A stretch of 25,000 bases of DNA. It comes from Eledone cirrhosa (lineage: Eukaryota). Shown here one piece after another: positions 23,502-25,000 of the stretch; positions within the stretch are counted from its first letter, which is position 1, and every line of letters starts with the position of its first letter. Under the pieces are notes generated by a model. The model searched no databases. It saw only the letters and a program-made list of their open reading frames with translations, and had not been told where the DNA came from. The position numbers and the translations under genes are program-made. Where the stretch lies: assembly GCA_964016885.1 (NCBI GenBank), contig CAXHJY010001729.1:1-25000 (forward strand), written 5' to 3'.

Positions 23502-23980
23502 CTAACCTAAGCTAAGCTATCCTAAGCTAAGCTAAGCTAAGCTATCCTAAGCTAAGCTAAGCTAAGCTATCCTAAGCTATCCTAAGCTAAGCTATCCTAA
23601 GCTAAGCTATCCTAAGCTAAGCTATCCTAAGCTATCCTAAGCTAAGCTATCCTAAGCTAAGCTCTCCTAAGGTAAGCTATCCTAAGCTATCCTAAGCTAA
23701 GCTATCCTAAGCTATCCTAAGCTAAGCTAAGCTATCCTAAGCTAAGCTAAGCTAAGCTATCCTAAGCTAAGCTAAGCTAAGCTAAGCTATCCTAAGCTAA
23801 GCTAAGCTAAGCTACCTAAGCTAAGCTAAGCTAAGCTATCCTAAGCTAAGCTAAGCTAAGCTAAGTTTTCCTAAGCTAAGCTAAGCTAAGCTCTCCTAAG
23901 CTAAGCTAAGCTAAGCTATCCTAAGCTAAGCTAAGCTTTCCTAAGCTAAGCTAAGCTAAGCTATCCTAAGCTAAGCTAAT
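23502..23980. repeat. Marker cassette copy 8
   Basis: CTAAC 23502, CTCTC-CTAAG-GTAAG 23662, CTAC 23812, TTTTC 23866, CTCTC 23891, CTTTC 23936, CTAAT 23976. Confidence 0.85.
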
Positions 23981-25000
23981 CTATCCTAAGCTAAGCTAAG
24001 CTAAGCTATCCTAAGCTAAGCTAAGCTAAGCTATCCTAAGCTAAGCTAAGCTAAGCTATCCTAAGCTAAGCTAAGCTAAGCTATCCTAAGCTAAGCTAAG
24101 CTATCCTAAGCTAAGCTAAGCTAAGCTATCCTAAGCTAAGCTAAGCTATCCTAAGCTAAGCTAAGCTAAGCTATCCTAAGCTAAGCTAAGCTAAGCTATC
24201 CTAAGCTAAGCTAAGCTAAGCTAAGCTATCCTAAGCTATCCTAAGCTAACCTAAGCTAAGCTATCCTAAGCTAAGCTAAGCTATCCTAAGCTAAGCTAAG
24301 CTAAGCTATCCTAAGCTAAGCTAAGCTATCCTAAGCTAAGCTAAGCTATCCTAAGCTAAGCTAAGCTAAGCTATCCTAAGCTATCCTAAGCTAAGCTATC
24401 CTAAGCTAAGCTAAGCTATCCTAAGCTAAGCTAAGCTAAGCTATCCTAAGCTAAGCTAAGCTAAGCTATCCTAAGCTAAGCTATCCTAAGCTATCCTAAG
24501 CTAAGCTAAGCTAAGCTAACCTAAGCTAAGCTATCCTAAGCTAAGCTATCCTAAGCTAAGCTATCCTAAGCTATCCTAAGCTAAGCTATCCTAAGCTAAG
24601 CTAAGCTATCCTAAGCTAAGCTAAGCTAAGCTATCCTAAGCTAAGCTAAGCTAAGCTATCCTAAACTAAGCTAAGCTAAGCTATCCTAAGCTAAGCTAAG
24701 CTAAGCTATCCTAAGCTAAGCTAAGCTATCCTAAGCTAAGCTAAGCTAAGCTATCCTAAGCTAAGCTAAGCTAAGCTATCCTAAGCTATCCTAAGCTAAG
24801 CTATCCTAAGCTAAGCTATCCTAAGCTATCCTAAGCTAAGCTATCCTAAGCTAAGCTAAGCTAAGCTATCCTAAGCTAAGCTATCCTAAGCTAAGCTATC
24901 CTAAGCTATCCTAAGCTAAGCTATCCTAAGATATCCTAAGCTAAGCTATCCTAAGCTATCCTAAGCTAAGCTATCCTAAGCTATCCTAAGCTAAGCTAAG

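Larger units (their letters stand above)
21358..24200. repeat. Head-to-tail tandem duplication of a ~1.39 kb unit
   Basis: Paired variants at offset 1384-1389: CTAAC 21503/22887, CTAAC 22113/23502, GTAAG 22283/23672, CTAC 22428/23812, TTTTC 22482/23866 (seen nowhere else), CTAAT 22592/23976. Confidence 0.88.
1..25000. repeat. Compound pentameric tandem array (satellite DNA), [(CTAAG)n CTATC]m, n mostly 1-4; runs off both window ends
   Basis: Seen directly: the window parses end to end into CTAAG and CTATC units plus sparse 1-2 nt variants (CTAAC, CTCTC, CTTTC, CTAAT, CTAAA, CCAAG, CAATC, GTAAG and others). No inversion or non-repeat insert was seen. Calling it eukaryotic satellite DNA is an inference from its length and organisation. 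Confidence 0.97.

Noticed and set aside
1-25000. Protein-coding ORFs
   Set aside because: The 5-bp period cycles TAA through all three + frames and TAG through all three - frames every few codons. The only + strand ATGs seen are the three CTATG variants.
1-25000. CRISPR array or other repeat-spacer system
   Set aside because: There are no unique spacers, leader or cas genes. All sequence between landmarks is the same pentamer repeat.
1-25000. Canonical telomerase-made (TTAGG)n telomere or G-quadruplex array
   Set aside because: TTAGG is almost never tandem (at most two copies), GG pairs are typically 10-25 nt apart, and kb-scale blocks share point variants, which indicates copying of existing DNA.
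1-25000. Pure sequencing or assembly artefact, or a synthetic concatemer
   Set aside because: Rare variants recur in collinear haplotypes with graded divergence and private changes, as expected for an evolved array. Individual duplications and singletons still need read support.
1-25000. Dense AluI (AGCT), DdeI (CTNAG) and BlpI/Bpu10I sites, and GATA-like GATAG on the minus strand, as regulatory signals
   Set aside because: These are automatic consequences of the repeat units. They are useful for digests but are not evidence of function.
1-25000. Assignment to a named satellite, species or centromere
   Set aside because: I do not recognise the monomer with confidence and there is no flanking unique sequence. 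Database searches and CENH3 data are needed.

Overview
The whole 25 kb window is one uninterrupted, single-orientation tandem array (satellite-like DNA) with no genes, RNA genes, transposons or unique sequence. It is built from two pentamers, A=CTAAG and B=CTATC, arranged as (CTAAG)n-CTATC with n mostly 1, 2, 3 or 4. Both pentamers are 40% GC. The minus strand reads as TTAGC/TTAGG/ATAGC. Rare variant pentamers act as barcodes and reveal nested higher-order structure: a ~4.4 kb dispersed duplication (~1190-5600 vs ~16975-21300), a ~2.5 kb tandem duplication (11625-16649), a ~1.39 kb tandem duplication (~21358-24200), a 280 bp tandem duplication (~8261-8860), and a ~0.47 kb marker cassette present 8 times. 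The 5-bp register shifts only at eight single-T deletions (CTATC->CTAC). I cannot assign the organism or chromosomal location and do not recognise this as a named satellite family. There is no evidence for a coding system. All coordinates were read by eye and duplication boundaries are approximate.
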